Shown in pieces: positions 1 to 8,933 of a stretch of DNA of 40,561 nucleotides. The notes beneath the pieces are model-generated. The model searched no databases and had not been told where the DNA came from. It saw only the letters and a program-made list of their open reading frames with translations. The stretch comes from a virus (taxonomy: Duplodnaviria > Caudoviricetes). The position numbers were made by a program, and so were the translations under genes. The stretch covers positions 1 through 40,561 of the IMG/VR virus record IMGVR_UViG_3300028361_000056. The stretch is one strand, 5' to 3'. The stretch's first letter is position 1, and each line of letters starts with the position of its first letter.

Positions 1-108
1 TATCGACTGGAAGAAAAACGTCAACTTTGTTTAAATAGTGGTTTAAATGTGATAATATCAAGTAATGTCAACACTATTATAGAAATGATAAATATTAATA
101 TAAAATGA
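1..108 (+). CDS. 3' end of an ORF running in from outside the window, possibly the endonuclease separating the gp46 halves
   Basis: Frame 1 is open from base 1 (YRLEEKRQLCLNSGLNVIISSNVNTIIEMININIK*); its TGA overlaps the ATG at 105 (ATGA). Identity is inferred from context only. Confidence 0.4.
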   Translation, partial: YRLEEKRQLCLNSGLNVIISSNVNTIIEMININIK

Positions 109-479
109 TAAAAAAGAAATTAAGTATTGAAAAGATACATACCTTATTTCATAAATATGGTGATTTAAATATAAATGTTAATACACCATATGGATATAAG
201 CATATTGAGGGATGTGAAATTACAGCACAAAATTCTGATGTGATACGTATCACAACGGATGATGAAAAATTTGTAGATGTTTCACCTAACCATTTATTAA
301 AAACTAAAAATGGAAAATTTGTAAAAACGATATTACTAAATCCAGGTCAATCAATCCAAACCATCGATGGTAGTTCCAATATAAATACAATTGAAATTCT
401 CCCATACAAAAAGGACTTAATGGATATACAGGTAGCAGATGTACAACAATATTATTCAAACGGTATTGTTTCACACAAC
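105..479 (+). mobile_element. Intein C-fragment (125 aa) lacking the N-terminal Cys block; atypically split intein
   Basis: Block B-like VSPNH, block F DIQV, and terminal GIVSHN followed by Ser+1. In-frame stops lie upstream of 105 (TAG 36-38). Confidence 0.8.
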
Positions 480-2399
480 AGTTCACTTTTCGATACATTA
501 TCATTTTGTATATATGATAAGACTTCCAGAACCAATGTTTCTAAGAATATTCTTAATAATCAGAAAGATGAGTTTTATTGTAAATTTAACTTTGAAATCG
601 ATGGGGTAGATTACTTCATAGAACGTAAAGCTAAATATGTACGCAAGAAAACCGCGGTCAAAGTTGATGTGGAGTTCTGGCGAGTAAATAATGGTGTAGT
701 GGAATCACTAAATGGTGAACAACGTAGGGACACAAACTCTAATATTGAAAAATACTTAGGTAAGTTCGAGGATTTCGTATTAACCACGTTATCTTTACAG
801 GGAAACAATGCTTTGTTCATAGATAAATCACAATCAGATCGTAAGGAAGTGCTTTCACAGTTCATAGGAGTCGATATATTCGATAAATTATTCCAAAGCG
901 CCCAAGATGAAAATAGAGAAAACGCAACTCTAATACGTAAATTTAAACGTGATGATTTTACAACTAAGATGGCGGATTTAGAAGTACAGTATTCACGGAA
1001 TACCCGTGAGTATAACATATCCAAGAAATCAATAGTGGATATGGATGGTATTATTTCAGATTACAATAAAGAACTTATTAAATTAAATAGTAATTTAGTC
1101 AAATTGAATTGTGATTCAGTTAGTATAGATGAGCTACTAAAACGAAAAAGGTTACTTGAACAAAACCGGGATAATTCAGTTGAATCACGTAAAAAAATAG
1201 AAAAACGATTAACACTATTAGAAGAACTTCAAATTAAGTTAGATGAATTTCTTGATGGGTTCGATGAAGATAAATTACGCGATGATTTGAGTTCAATTAC
1301 CAGGAAAAGAGGTAGTTGGTCAAAATTACAATCTGAAATATACAAGTATGATGTAAAAAAAGATAACCTACAATCAAGGTTGGAACATTTGGAATCACAT
1401 AAGTATAATCCTAATTGTGATATTTGTTTGGATAATAATAAATCAATCATAGATACCAAGAAAGAGATTATCGATGAACTAAATGATTTGGATTTGAATT
1501 TATCAAAATTGAGTATCATAGAAGAAACTTTAAAGAAAGAGATTTCTATACTTGAACCAGTTGAAAATAAATGGGAATCATACAAGGATTCACAAGATAA
1601 GGAAAATAAGGTAAATAGTGAAATAAACAATTTACATAGTAAGTTATCTGCATCTGAAACCCGTGAGTTAGATATCAGACACCAAATAACAAACCAAGAA
1701 AATCTAATTAAAGAATATTACAAGAACGAAAAACAAATAAAACAAAATCAAAAGTTACGTAGTGATATACAAATAATAAACACGGAATTAAGAAAAACAG
1801 AATTAGAAAAATCTAAGGTAACAAAGAGAATGTTATCTTTAAATGGAATAGTATCTTCGATAAAAACTCAAAAGGAACATATCGAAAAACAAATAGAAGA
1901 AGTAAAAAATCTGGAATCACAGACTAAATTATTCGATTACTACTTGAATGCATTGGGTAAGGATGGAGTATCATATGAACTTGTAGAAAAAGCTCTACCT
2001 ATGATTGAGGGCGAGGTTAATAACATCCTAGGCCAGATTGTAGAGTTCGGTATGCAGATTGAAATCGATGGTAGAAATATTAACGCATATATCGTATATA
2101 ATGATCATAGATGGAGTTTGGAAATGTGTAGTGGAATGGAAAAATTCATATCAGGACTTGCAATTAGAGTTGCACTCATTAATGTATGTAATCTTCCAAG
2201 ACCCAACTTCCTAGTAATAGATGAGGGGTTCGGTACGTTGGATAGTGAAAATCTACAATCATTATTCATGTTGTTTACCTACCTCAAAACTCAATTTGAT
2301 TTTGTGATGGTAATATCTCACATAGATTCAATGAGGGATGTAGTTGATGATTTAATAGAAATTAAAAAAGAAGATGGGTTTTCCCATGTTAAATATTAA
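105..2399 (+). CDS. gp46: gp46/SbcC/Rad50-like recombination ATPase, C-terminal fragment preceded by a split-intein C-part
   Basis: Begins at SSLFD, the second half of Walker A. Also Q-loop LSLQG, long coiled coil, Zn-hook CDIC, signature CSGMEK, Walker B FLVIDEGFGTLD and H-loop VISH. Confidence 0.9.
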   Translation: MIKKKLSIEKIHTLFHKYGDLNINVNTPYGYKHIEGCEITAQNSDVIRITTDDEKFVDVSPNHLLKTKNGKFVKTILLNPGQSIQTIDGSSNINTIEILPYKKDLMDIQVADVQQYYSNGIVSHNSSLFDTLSFCIYDKTSRTNVSKNILNNQKDEFYCKFNFEIDGVDYFIERKAKYVRKKTAVKVDVEFWRVNNGVVESLNGEQRRDTNSNIEKYLGKFEDFVLTTLSLQGNNALFIDKSQSDRKEVLSQFIGVDIFDKLFQSAQDENRENATLIRKFKRDDFTTKMADLEVQYSRNTREYNISKKSIVDMDGIISDYNKELIKLNSNLVKLNCDSVSIDELLKRKRLLEQNRDNSVESRKKIEKRLTLLEELQIKLDEFLDGFDEDKLRDDLSSITRKRGSWSKLQSEIYKYDVKKDNLQSRLEHLESHKYNPNCDICLDNNKSIIDTKKEIIDELNDLDLNLSKLSIIEETLKKEISILEPVENKWESYKDSQDKENKVNSEINNLHSKLSASETRELDIRHQITNQENLIKEYYKNEKQIKQNQKLRSDIQIINTELRKTELEKSKVTKRMLSLNGIVSSIKTQKEHIEKQIEEVKNLESQTKLFDYYLNALGKDGVSYELVEKALPMIEGEVNNILGQIVEFGMQIEIDGRNINAYIVYNDHRWSLEMCSGMEKFISGLAIRVALINVCNLPRPNFLVIDEGFGTLDSENLQSLFMLFTYLKTQFDFVMVISHIDSMRDVVDDLIEIKKEDGFSHVKY

Positions 2400-2425
2400 A
2401 ATTATGAAATGAAATAATTCCCATT

Positions 2426-2881
2426 ATGTTAAATAGTAGAACCATACTAATATTATCCACCTCACTTTTGTTATCTTCGTGTAAGACATCAAAAAGTGTC
2501 GTGGTTGATTTTGATTATATATCAGAATATATCTATGTGGTAAATTTATTAGAAGAAAATGAAATAAAATTTAAATTCAATAAACTAAAATACATAAAAT
2601 CGGTATTTCTACCAGGTGCGCATGGTATGTATAATCGTAAATTTAAAGGAATATACATAGAAACTGGATTATGGAAGTCTGATTGGTATATGATTCAAGG
2701 TGATGTGCGTATAGCTGTACTTGCACACGAAATGGCCCATAGTCAAAGAATTTCACATAACAAGGATACCACTTCATTAATGTGTGATAAAGTTGATTTA
2801 CACCTATCCCATTTAATAAAAACAAAGGGAATTGATAGTTTAATAATAGATGCATTTAGATTAAAAAGAATTAATCACTGA
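2426..2881 (+). CDS. Lipoprotein zinc metallopeptidase (metzincin/matrixin-like)
   Basis: Signal peptide with lipobox LLSS-C; HEMAHSQRISH (HExxHxxxxxH); Met-turn SLM. Confidence 0.7.
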   Translation: MLNSRTILILSTSLLLSSCKTSKSVVVDFDYISEYIYVVNLLEENEIKFKFNKLKYIKSVFLPGAHGMYNRKFKGIYIETGLWKSDWYMIQGDVRIAVLAHEMAHSQRISHNKDTTSLMCDKVDLHLSHLIKTKGIDSLIIDAFRLKRINH

Positions 2882-2891
2882 TTATCCTGTT

Positions 2892-3068
2892 TTAAACTCT
2901 TACTTTCATTATTCTATTCGGATCAACTTTAGGTAATTCTTTAATTGGATTTATCTTATTCTTTATTAGTGATTCAACAAGACCACTCATTGAATGACCG
3001 TTTTCTTTACAATACTTTTGTAATTTATTACGCGTATCTATTCTAATCTGTAATGTTGTATATTTCAT
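2892..3068 (-). CDS. Small ribbon-helix-helix DNA-binding protein (58 aa, not in ORF track)
   Basis: Manual translation MKYTTLQIRIDTRNKLQKYCKENGHSMSGLVESLIKNKINPIKELPKVDPNRIMKVRV: beta strand, helix, G-x-S turn, helix, as in Arc/CopG proteins. It fills the gap between two + genes. Confidence 0.7.
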   Translation of the reverse strand: MKYTTLQIRIDTRNKLQKYCKENGHSMSGLVESLIKNKINPIKELPKVDPNRIMKVRV

Positions 3069-3114
3069 TTTTCTATGGATTTCTATAGATGATGTGTCAA
3101 TAAATATTAAAATT

Positions 3115-3123
3115 TATATTTAT
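3115..3123 (+). promoter_or_regulatory. TATATTTAT(A) motif, candidate late promoter
   Basis: 18 nt before ATG 3142; the motif recurs upstream of several structural genes. Confidence 0.5.
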
Positions 3124-3141
3124 GAGTATAACAACCTATAT

Positions 3142-6100
3142 ATGGCCAGAATCAAGAGTTACTCTCCTTTTCAAAATTTAACAAACTTACAAGTTTTTAC
3201 AATAGATAGTGGGTTGAATTCCGAATATTTCAAAATATCGGAACTAACAACTACATTAACAGGTGGTAAAAACGCATTCTTAATTGAGGGTTCTCCGTTC
3301 TTAAAGGAGACAACCGAGGTAAAAATAGAAATTCTTGATGTCGAGGGAAATCCCGTTTACTTTGAACCAGGTGATGGTATTCCTGAATATTATGAAGGTA
3401 CATCAAAGGTAATTTCGATGCACGTTTATGATGATACACCAATAGGGCCTGGAAAAATAACTATTTTAGGAGAACTTAAAAATTACATAGGTAACGTTGG
3501 TGAGATACTTGATATTCCGGAAGAATGGCAGGGAATATATAATGTAAAGTGGGAACAAAATATTATTATTAACAAAAATCTTAATAATAAAACAATTGTA
3601 AGGTTTTACCAACGGCCACTGGTATCTATTACTGAAATAGTAAAACCATTATTTAATAAAACATCACCGACATTAACACAGAGTGGTAGTGTTGTCGGAA
3701 TACCACAATTACCATCACAGGGCCAAGATTTAAGAAATTGGAACGCGGGTACTTTTTATAAATTAAGAATAACGGATAGTGGAATCTGGACTACCGCGGT
3801 AGATGAAAATAATATTAACATCCCATCGTTGGGATATGGTGGTAGAATAATAGAGGTACTTAATAATAAGGAAGTTTTAGTTGATGTTCCATATACCATA
3901 AATAATGATGTACAATCGTTTAATACCGCATCGTATGAAGTTACATATCAAGATATAGAAAACGGAAGTACCACCGATACAGGGGTTATAAGTTCATTTG
4001 GTATAATAGATATCACTCGATTAAAAACGTTTGCAGGTGATGTTGCTCGTGTAAAAATATTTAGAAAATCAAGAAATACTGCAGGGGATTTCCAACTCGT
4101 ACAGGAATCCAAATTGGAATCAAATGAACTATTACGTGATTTAACAATTTTAACAGAAACAGAGGTAAATTATGGATTCTTTAGTGATTCAAATTTATCT
4201 ACATATTGGGTAACCTCCTCCGATTCACATCCAACAACGATTAATAATAGTGTATTGGCTTCTTCGGTTAAGTTCGATTACAATACACTATCGGGTAGTA
4301 TTCAAACATTATCATTATTAGATGATGTATCAATATCGGAAAATTCGGAATATACACTCTCATTCAGAACATTGATCAGTGGATCGGTCGACTCGACTAA
4401 AACATTACGGGCGTATATAAGTGGAACAAATGGTACACAGGATTTCATATCACTTAATAGTTCAAACGCACTTTTAACACGGGAGGAAATAAGTCAAAAC
4501 ATAATAACAACATTTAGTGGTTCTGCTAAATTAGTATTCGAAGTAACGGGTGATGATTGGTATATATCCAATGTATCGTTGAGAAATTCACAGGATACTT
4601 CATTTTCACCAGATGAATTTACCATATTACAGGATATACCTAGAAAGTTAGAAACGGAAACATTCGATTTTCGGTTTGAATTCTATGATATAAATAATAA
4701 TTATATACCAGTAGATGTAATAACTACAAAAGAATTCGATGGTGGCAATGATTTCTCGACAGGAGGTGGGACAGGTGGATCGTTCATAACATTTGAGTCC
4801 GATAGAAACGCTTTTAGATTTTCATCCGGATCAGTTGCAAATCCACCATTCCAACAAATACAATTTATTATAGGTGGTAATACATCTGGTTCAATTACAT
4901 ATGCATCATCCGCGTTTGATATCGGTGGTACATTTATTGATCCATTATCATATACGGGAGATTATCCTGGTGCAATATCAAATCCCACTACTACTGGTGG
5001 ATTGGTGACCGTTGCCAGTTTTAGTGGATCGGATGATACATTTACAGTAGGTTCTATAATATATACTGCAAGCATTGATGGGTTCACGGAATATGAGACT
5101 ATATTCAGATTAGAGGATGGTGAGAGCTTTCCCGCATTGACCGTAACATCTAATGCAAATCAATTTATATATGAACCAACTACGTTATCACCAAAGCCAA
5201 GTGGACAATCCATTAACATACGTGCTAAACGAACCAATCTGGAATCCACATCTACCATTTTAACGGTCAATTCATCTAGTGATAGTGGTAATCCACCACC
5301 ATTGATAGAGGGTGGCACTGATACCGTGACTGGAATTACAACATATTCGATTACATCATTACAATATTCTGCATCAAACGCAGGAGCGGGATTTCCACAA
5401 ACAACGTATTCGTTTACTGGATCAGATGTGTTCGGAAACAACTATTCAGATGAAGTTACATTATCCCCTGTTATAAATTTTGATGGTATTTCAATTGTAC
5501 TTTCAAATGAAACTTCAGCATTTAGGGCGAATTCCGTTGGGGCAGTATCTGCATCGGAATTCAATCAGGGTGATGGGGAGGTAGATGTTAGGTTGGGAAA
5601 TAACGTTATCCAACATAGTGATGGCTTGGTAGTTAGAAACTCATTCGATATTGTGGGGGTAACTGGTTCTTCCGGGGTTACCGTCAACGAATCCAGCCCG
5701 ATTACCAACACATATGGTATATCCGCAATGACAGAAGATACTGGAAGTGTGATTTTAGATTTAACATATCTAGCGGGTGACAATACAACAACGGTAGATT
5801 TTAGGAAAAAAGTAACATATAGTAAGGTACGTTCTGCGACTCCGGTTGTTAATTTTGTAGTGAATCCACAGAGTCAGGGGGTTGAATCCAATGCCGAGTT
5901 TAGTGTAGTGGGTACTCCTGATATTGTTACCCTGAATATAAGTGAGGCTGGTACTGCATACTCATATAATGGATCAGGTGCATCTAACCCGTTCGAATAC
6001 TCTATAACTTCGGTAATAAGTGGTAGTATATCCGGTCCGAATGTGCAACCGAACACTCCTACAAATGAATTCGGTACAAACGGTGTCGCTACAATTGAAT

Positions 6101-7914
6101 ATAGGAATTCTGAAAATACATTGACAACGGGTATAGTAAATAATTTCTATGTCGGTGTTTCGGTACAAGGTGGTACTGGATCTATAGGACCAAGTGGATC
6201 TGCTGGTGTATCGGGAACAAAAGTTGCAACGGATACAGTTTATTATCAAATATCCGCTGCAACAGCACCGAGTACCCCTAGTGCAACTAATTATACTTTA
6301 AGTACCTCTACGTTTACAGGATTAAGTGGATTATGGGGTGGATCTGCACCTATTTTTTCTGGTAGCAATGGATCAAAATATTGGTTCTCAAAATTTACCG
6401 CAGAGGAGAATACACCCAACGGTAATGTTGCAAGTGGAACTAACCTATCATTTTCATCACCACAACAGGCGATTGGATTTGCTGGACTGGTAACATTTAC
6501 GGGAGCAGATTCCGTGAATAACGGTGAAGGTGGTGAGTTAACATTTGGATCATCCGGTAACACCGAAATCAGAGGTGATGTAATTACAACTGGAACGATA
6601 AAATCTACAAATTACTCGGCAGGAACACTACCATATACCAATACTGGGACCATTATTTATATGAACAATGGTGCTATATATTCGGAGAATTTTGGTATAG
6701 ATACAAGTGGGAATTCATTTTTCAGGGGAGATTTAACTGGAGCAAGTGGAACTTTTAGCGGAACGGTAACAATCGGTGGAACTCCATTAACTTCAACTAA
6801 TACATTGAATTCAAATACCACATCTACAAACGTAGGATTAGGTAATGTTCAAAATTTAAATGCACAAAATCAAGCACAAACAGGTATAAATGCAGGTACA
6901 GTTATTAACAATGGTGGAATTGTTCTAAGTGGTGGAGGTGTCATCAAAACAATAAATAAGGATTCTGCTGCCGATACAACTTCTGGGATCTTTTTAGGTC
7001 ACGATGGGAACAATAATTATGATTTTGCTATTGGTAATGAACTCAACTCCATGATATGGGATGGATCAGAAGGATCACTTACTATAAATGGAAATATAAC
7101 CGGTGGTACTATTAATATAAATAATGGTCGGTTTCAGATTGACTCCACTGGGAGTGTTACCTTTGCGAATTCAGGAAGTATAGATTTTGTAGCCGGATCA
7201 GTGATTAATTTGGGAAACAATTCAAGAATAAACGGAGGTATACTTAGATCACCATTTATAACGATGGATACAACTAATATATCGACAACAGGTATATTTT
7301 GGAGTCCGTCCGGTAGGTTTGGTGGTCAAACCCTTAGATTTCAATCAAACGGCAGTTTGGGTGAACCATCTAGGACTACTGGTTATATATATGGAGCGGA
7401 AACAGAATTATTCGGTAGTTTTGATAATACACACCGTTTGATACTTGCCGCACGTGATGGTATAGGTTTCAGACAACTCTCCGGGCAAAACGAAATCTTT
7501 AGATTTTCAATGGAGATGGATACTGGTAATTTCAGTGCAACGGGAAATATTACAGCGTATGCTTCCGATGATAGACTGAAATATAGATTAGGAAATATAC
7601 CAAATCCATTGGATAAACTAAAATCATTAGACGGATTCCTTTACAAATGGAACGATGTAGCTAAGAATACGGAATTAAATACCGATGATGATATTCACAT
7701 CGGTACATCTGCACAACAAGTACAAAAATTATTTCCAGATATAGTTTTCCCTGCCCCGTTTGATGTGGATAAAGGTAAATCTTTATCAGGTGAAAACTAC
7801 TTAACGATACAATACGAAAAATTGACTCCTTTACTAATAGAGGCAGTCAAGGAATTATCAAATACAGTAGATGAATTACGAAACGAAATTAATCAATTAA
7901 AAAAGGATAAATAA
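3142..7914 (+). CDS. Large tail fibre/virion protein with C-terminal peptidase S74 intramolecular chaperone
   Basis: S/T/G-rich beta repeats; C-terminal AYASDDRLK...GTSAQQVQ..FP...IQYEKLTPLLIEAVKEL. ATG 3142 is preferred over GTG 3094 because the promoter-like motif lies between them. Confidence 0.8.
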   Translation: MARIKSYSPFQNLTNLQVFTIDSGLNSEYFKISELTTTLTGGKNAFLIEGSPFLKETTEVKIEILDVEGNPVYFEPGDGIPEYYEGTSKVISMHVYDDTPIGPGKITILGELKNYIGNVGEILDIPEEWQGIYNVKWEQNIIINKNLNNKTIVRFYQRPLVSITEIVKPLFNKTSPTLTQSGSVVGIPQLPSQGQDLRNWNAGTFYKLRITDSGIWTTAVDENNINIPSLGYGGRIIEVLNNKEVLVDVPYTINNDVQSFNTASYEVTYQDIENGSTTDTGVISSFGIIDITRLKTFAGDVARVKIFRKSRNTAGDFQLVQESKLESNELLRDLTILTETEVNYGFFSDSNLSTYWVTSSDSHPTTINNSVLASSVKFDYNTLSGSIQTLSLLDDVSISENSEYTLSFRTLISGSVDSTKTLRAYISGTNGTQDFISLNSSNALLTREEISQNIITTFSGSAKLVFEVTGDDWYISNVSLRNSQDTSFSPDEFTILQDIPRKLETETFDFRFEFYDINNNYIPVDVITTKEFDGGNDFSTGGGTGGSFITFESDRNAFRFSSGSVANPPFQQIQFIIGGNTSGSITYASSAFDIGGTFIDPLSYTGDYPGAISNPTTTGGLVTVASFSGSDDTFTVGSIIYTASIDGFTEYETIFRLEDGESFPALTVTSNANQFIYEPTTLSPKPSGQSINIRAKRTNLESTSTILTVNSSSDSGNPPPLIEGGTDTVTGITTYSITSLQYSASNAGAGFPQTTYSFTGSDVFGNNYSDEVTLSPVINFDGISIVLSNETSAFRANSVGAVSASEFNQGDGEVDVRLGNNVIQHSDGLVVRNSFDIVGVTGSSGVTVNESSPITNTYGISAMTEDTGSVILDLTYLAGDNTTTVDFRKKVTYSKVRSATPVVNFVVNPQSQGVESNAEFSVVGTPDIVTLNISEAGTAYSYNGSGASNPFEYSITSVISGSISGPNVQPNTPTNEFGTNGVATIEYRNSENTLTTGIVNNFYVGVSVQGGTGSIGPSGSAGVSGTKVATDTVYYQISAATAPSTPSATNYTLSTSTFTGLSGLWGGSAPIFSGSNGSKYWFSKFTAEENTPNGNVASGTNLSFSSPQQAIGFAGLVTFTGADSVNNGEGGELTFGSSGNTEIRGDVITTGTIKSTNYSAGTLPYTNTGTIIYMNNGAIYSENFGIDTSGNSFFRGDLTGASGTFSGTVTIGGTPLTSTNTLNSNTTSTNVGLGNVQNLNAQNQAQTGINAGTVINNGGIVLSGGGVIKTINKDSAADTTSGIFLGHDGNNNYDFAIGNELNSMIWDGSEGSLTINGNITGGTININNGRFQIDSTGSVTFANSGSIDFVAGSVINLGNNSRINGGILRSPFITMDTTNISTTGIFWSPSGRFGGQTLRFQSNGSLGEPSRTTGYIYGAETELFGSFDNTHRLILAARDGIGFRQLSGQNEIFRFSMEMDTGNFSATGNITAYASDDRLKYRLGNIPNPLDKLKSLDGFLYKWNDVAKNTELNTDDDIHIGTSAQQVQKLFPDIVFPAPFDVDKGKSLSGENYLTIQYEKLTPLLIEAVKELSNTVDELRNEINQLKKDK

Positions 7915-8318
7915 TGCCACTACCCGCATCCGGACCTATATCGTTTGATGATTTGAACGATGATTTGGGAAATTCTATAGGAACTACATTAAGTATTAGA
8001 ACCGCTGCAGCTGCAAAAGGATTAACAACTCCAGATTCCATGGATGAATTCTATAGTACACTTACCATAATTCCAACAGTTGAAAGTGTTCCCTCATCAA
8101 CTGGTTTTTTTAATATAACTGTTATCGGTGATTCCAATTGGACAGTGAGTACATCCGTATCTTGGTTAGTGACATCAGTCAATTCAGGTACAGGAGATGC
8201 TACAATTACAGTCCAATATACAGATAACCCATTTAACTTCCCAAGATCAGGATTTGTCATTGTAGCATGGGGGGGCCAAAATCGGACTTGCTCAGTTTCA
8301 CAGCAGAGTAGTTTTTAA
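7914..8318 (+). CDS. Tail-associated protein with BACON-like domain
   Basis: N-terminus MPLPASGPISF typical of phage tail adhesin partners; W-x7-WL..SGTG...N....R...VSQ BACON pattern; translationally coupled to the fibre (TAATG). Confidence 0.65.
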   Translation: MPLPASGPISFDDLNDDLGNSIGTTLSIRTAAAAKGLTTPDSMDEFYSTLTIIPTVESVPSSTGFFNITVIGDSNWTVSTSVSWLVTSVNSGTGDATITVQYTDNPFNFPRSGFVIVAWGGQNRTCSVSQQSSF

Positions 8319-8625
8319 CTAAGGATTAGTAAGATATTTTCCGTACATTAACAACTGGACGTGCATACCCAGTGCAATTGTGATTACAGTAATAATATTA
8401 TGGTGCTACAGTATATAGTACGAACTCAATATAATGATTTCTATGGTACATAGAGGAATTCCTATACACTTTTACTTCGAGTACATCAATCTATCGTTAG
8501 AACTCCTTAAAAACTGTAATACGATCCACTTTTACACTCACATGATTAGTTCATAATATCTATTTTGAGTACTTCAATGGATACTGATACCATGGATATA
8601 TAATTTTATAAATTTAAAAAGTTTA

Positions 8626-8640
8626 TGTTAAATTTTAACA
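8626..8640. promoter_or_regulatory. 15-bp palindrome TGTTAAAWTTTAACA, candidate operator
   Basis: Perfect inverted repeat, also present at 38808-38822 and 39503-39517; extra half-sites at 8658 and 8667. Confidence 0.5.
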
Positions 8641-8900
8641 GTATGGTAAAAATTTAGTGTTAAAAATGTTAAAGTTTGTACGTTTACTTAATGTTTGGAT
8701 ATATATTTATAGGAGGATAAGCAATTTAAAGTTTTAATAAATTATTAATTATAAAATTAAGAAAAATAATATACAGGACAACTTAAATGTAGCAAGTATA
8801 ATAGTACAGCAGTAGTAAATATTTTTAGTTATCCTTTATACTATTTATTAATTATTTCAACTGCAAGATAATTCATAAATTATCCTTAATTAATATATCC

Positions 8901-8910
8901 TATATTTATA
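8901..8910 (+). promoter_or_regulatory. TATATTTATA candidate late promoter (second copy at 8702-8711)
   Basis: 23 nt upstream of ATG 8934. Confidence 0.5.
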
Positions 8911-8933
8911 AGATATAACGGTATATAATAAAA

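Noticed and set aside
3142-8318. Diversity-generating retroelement targeting the tail fibre
   Set aside because: No reverse transcriptase and no template/variable repeat pair differing at adenines in the window.
8319-8933. CRISPR mini-array or tRNA in the large gap
   Set aside because: No regularly spaced 25-40 nt repeats and no cloverleaf or T-loop motif seen by eye.
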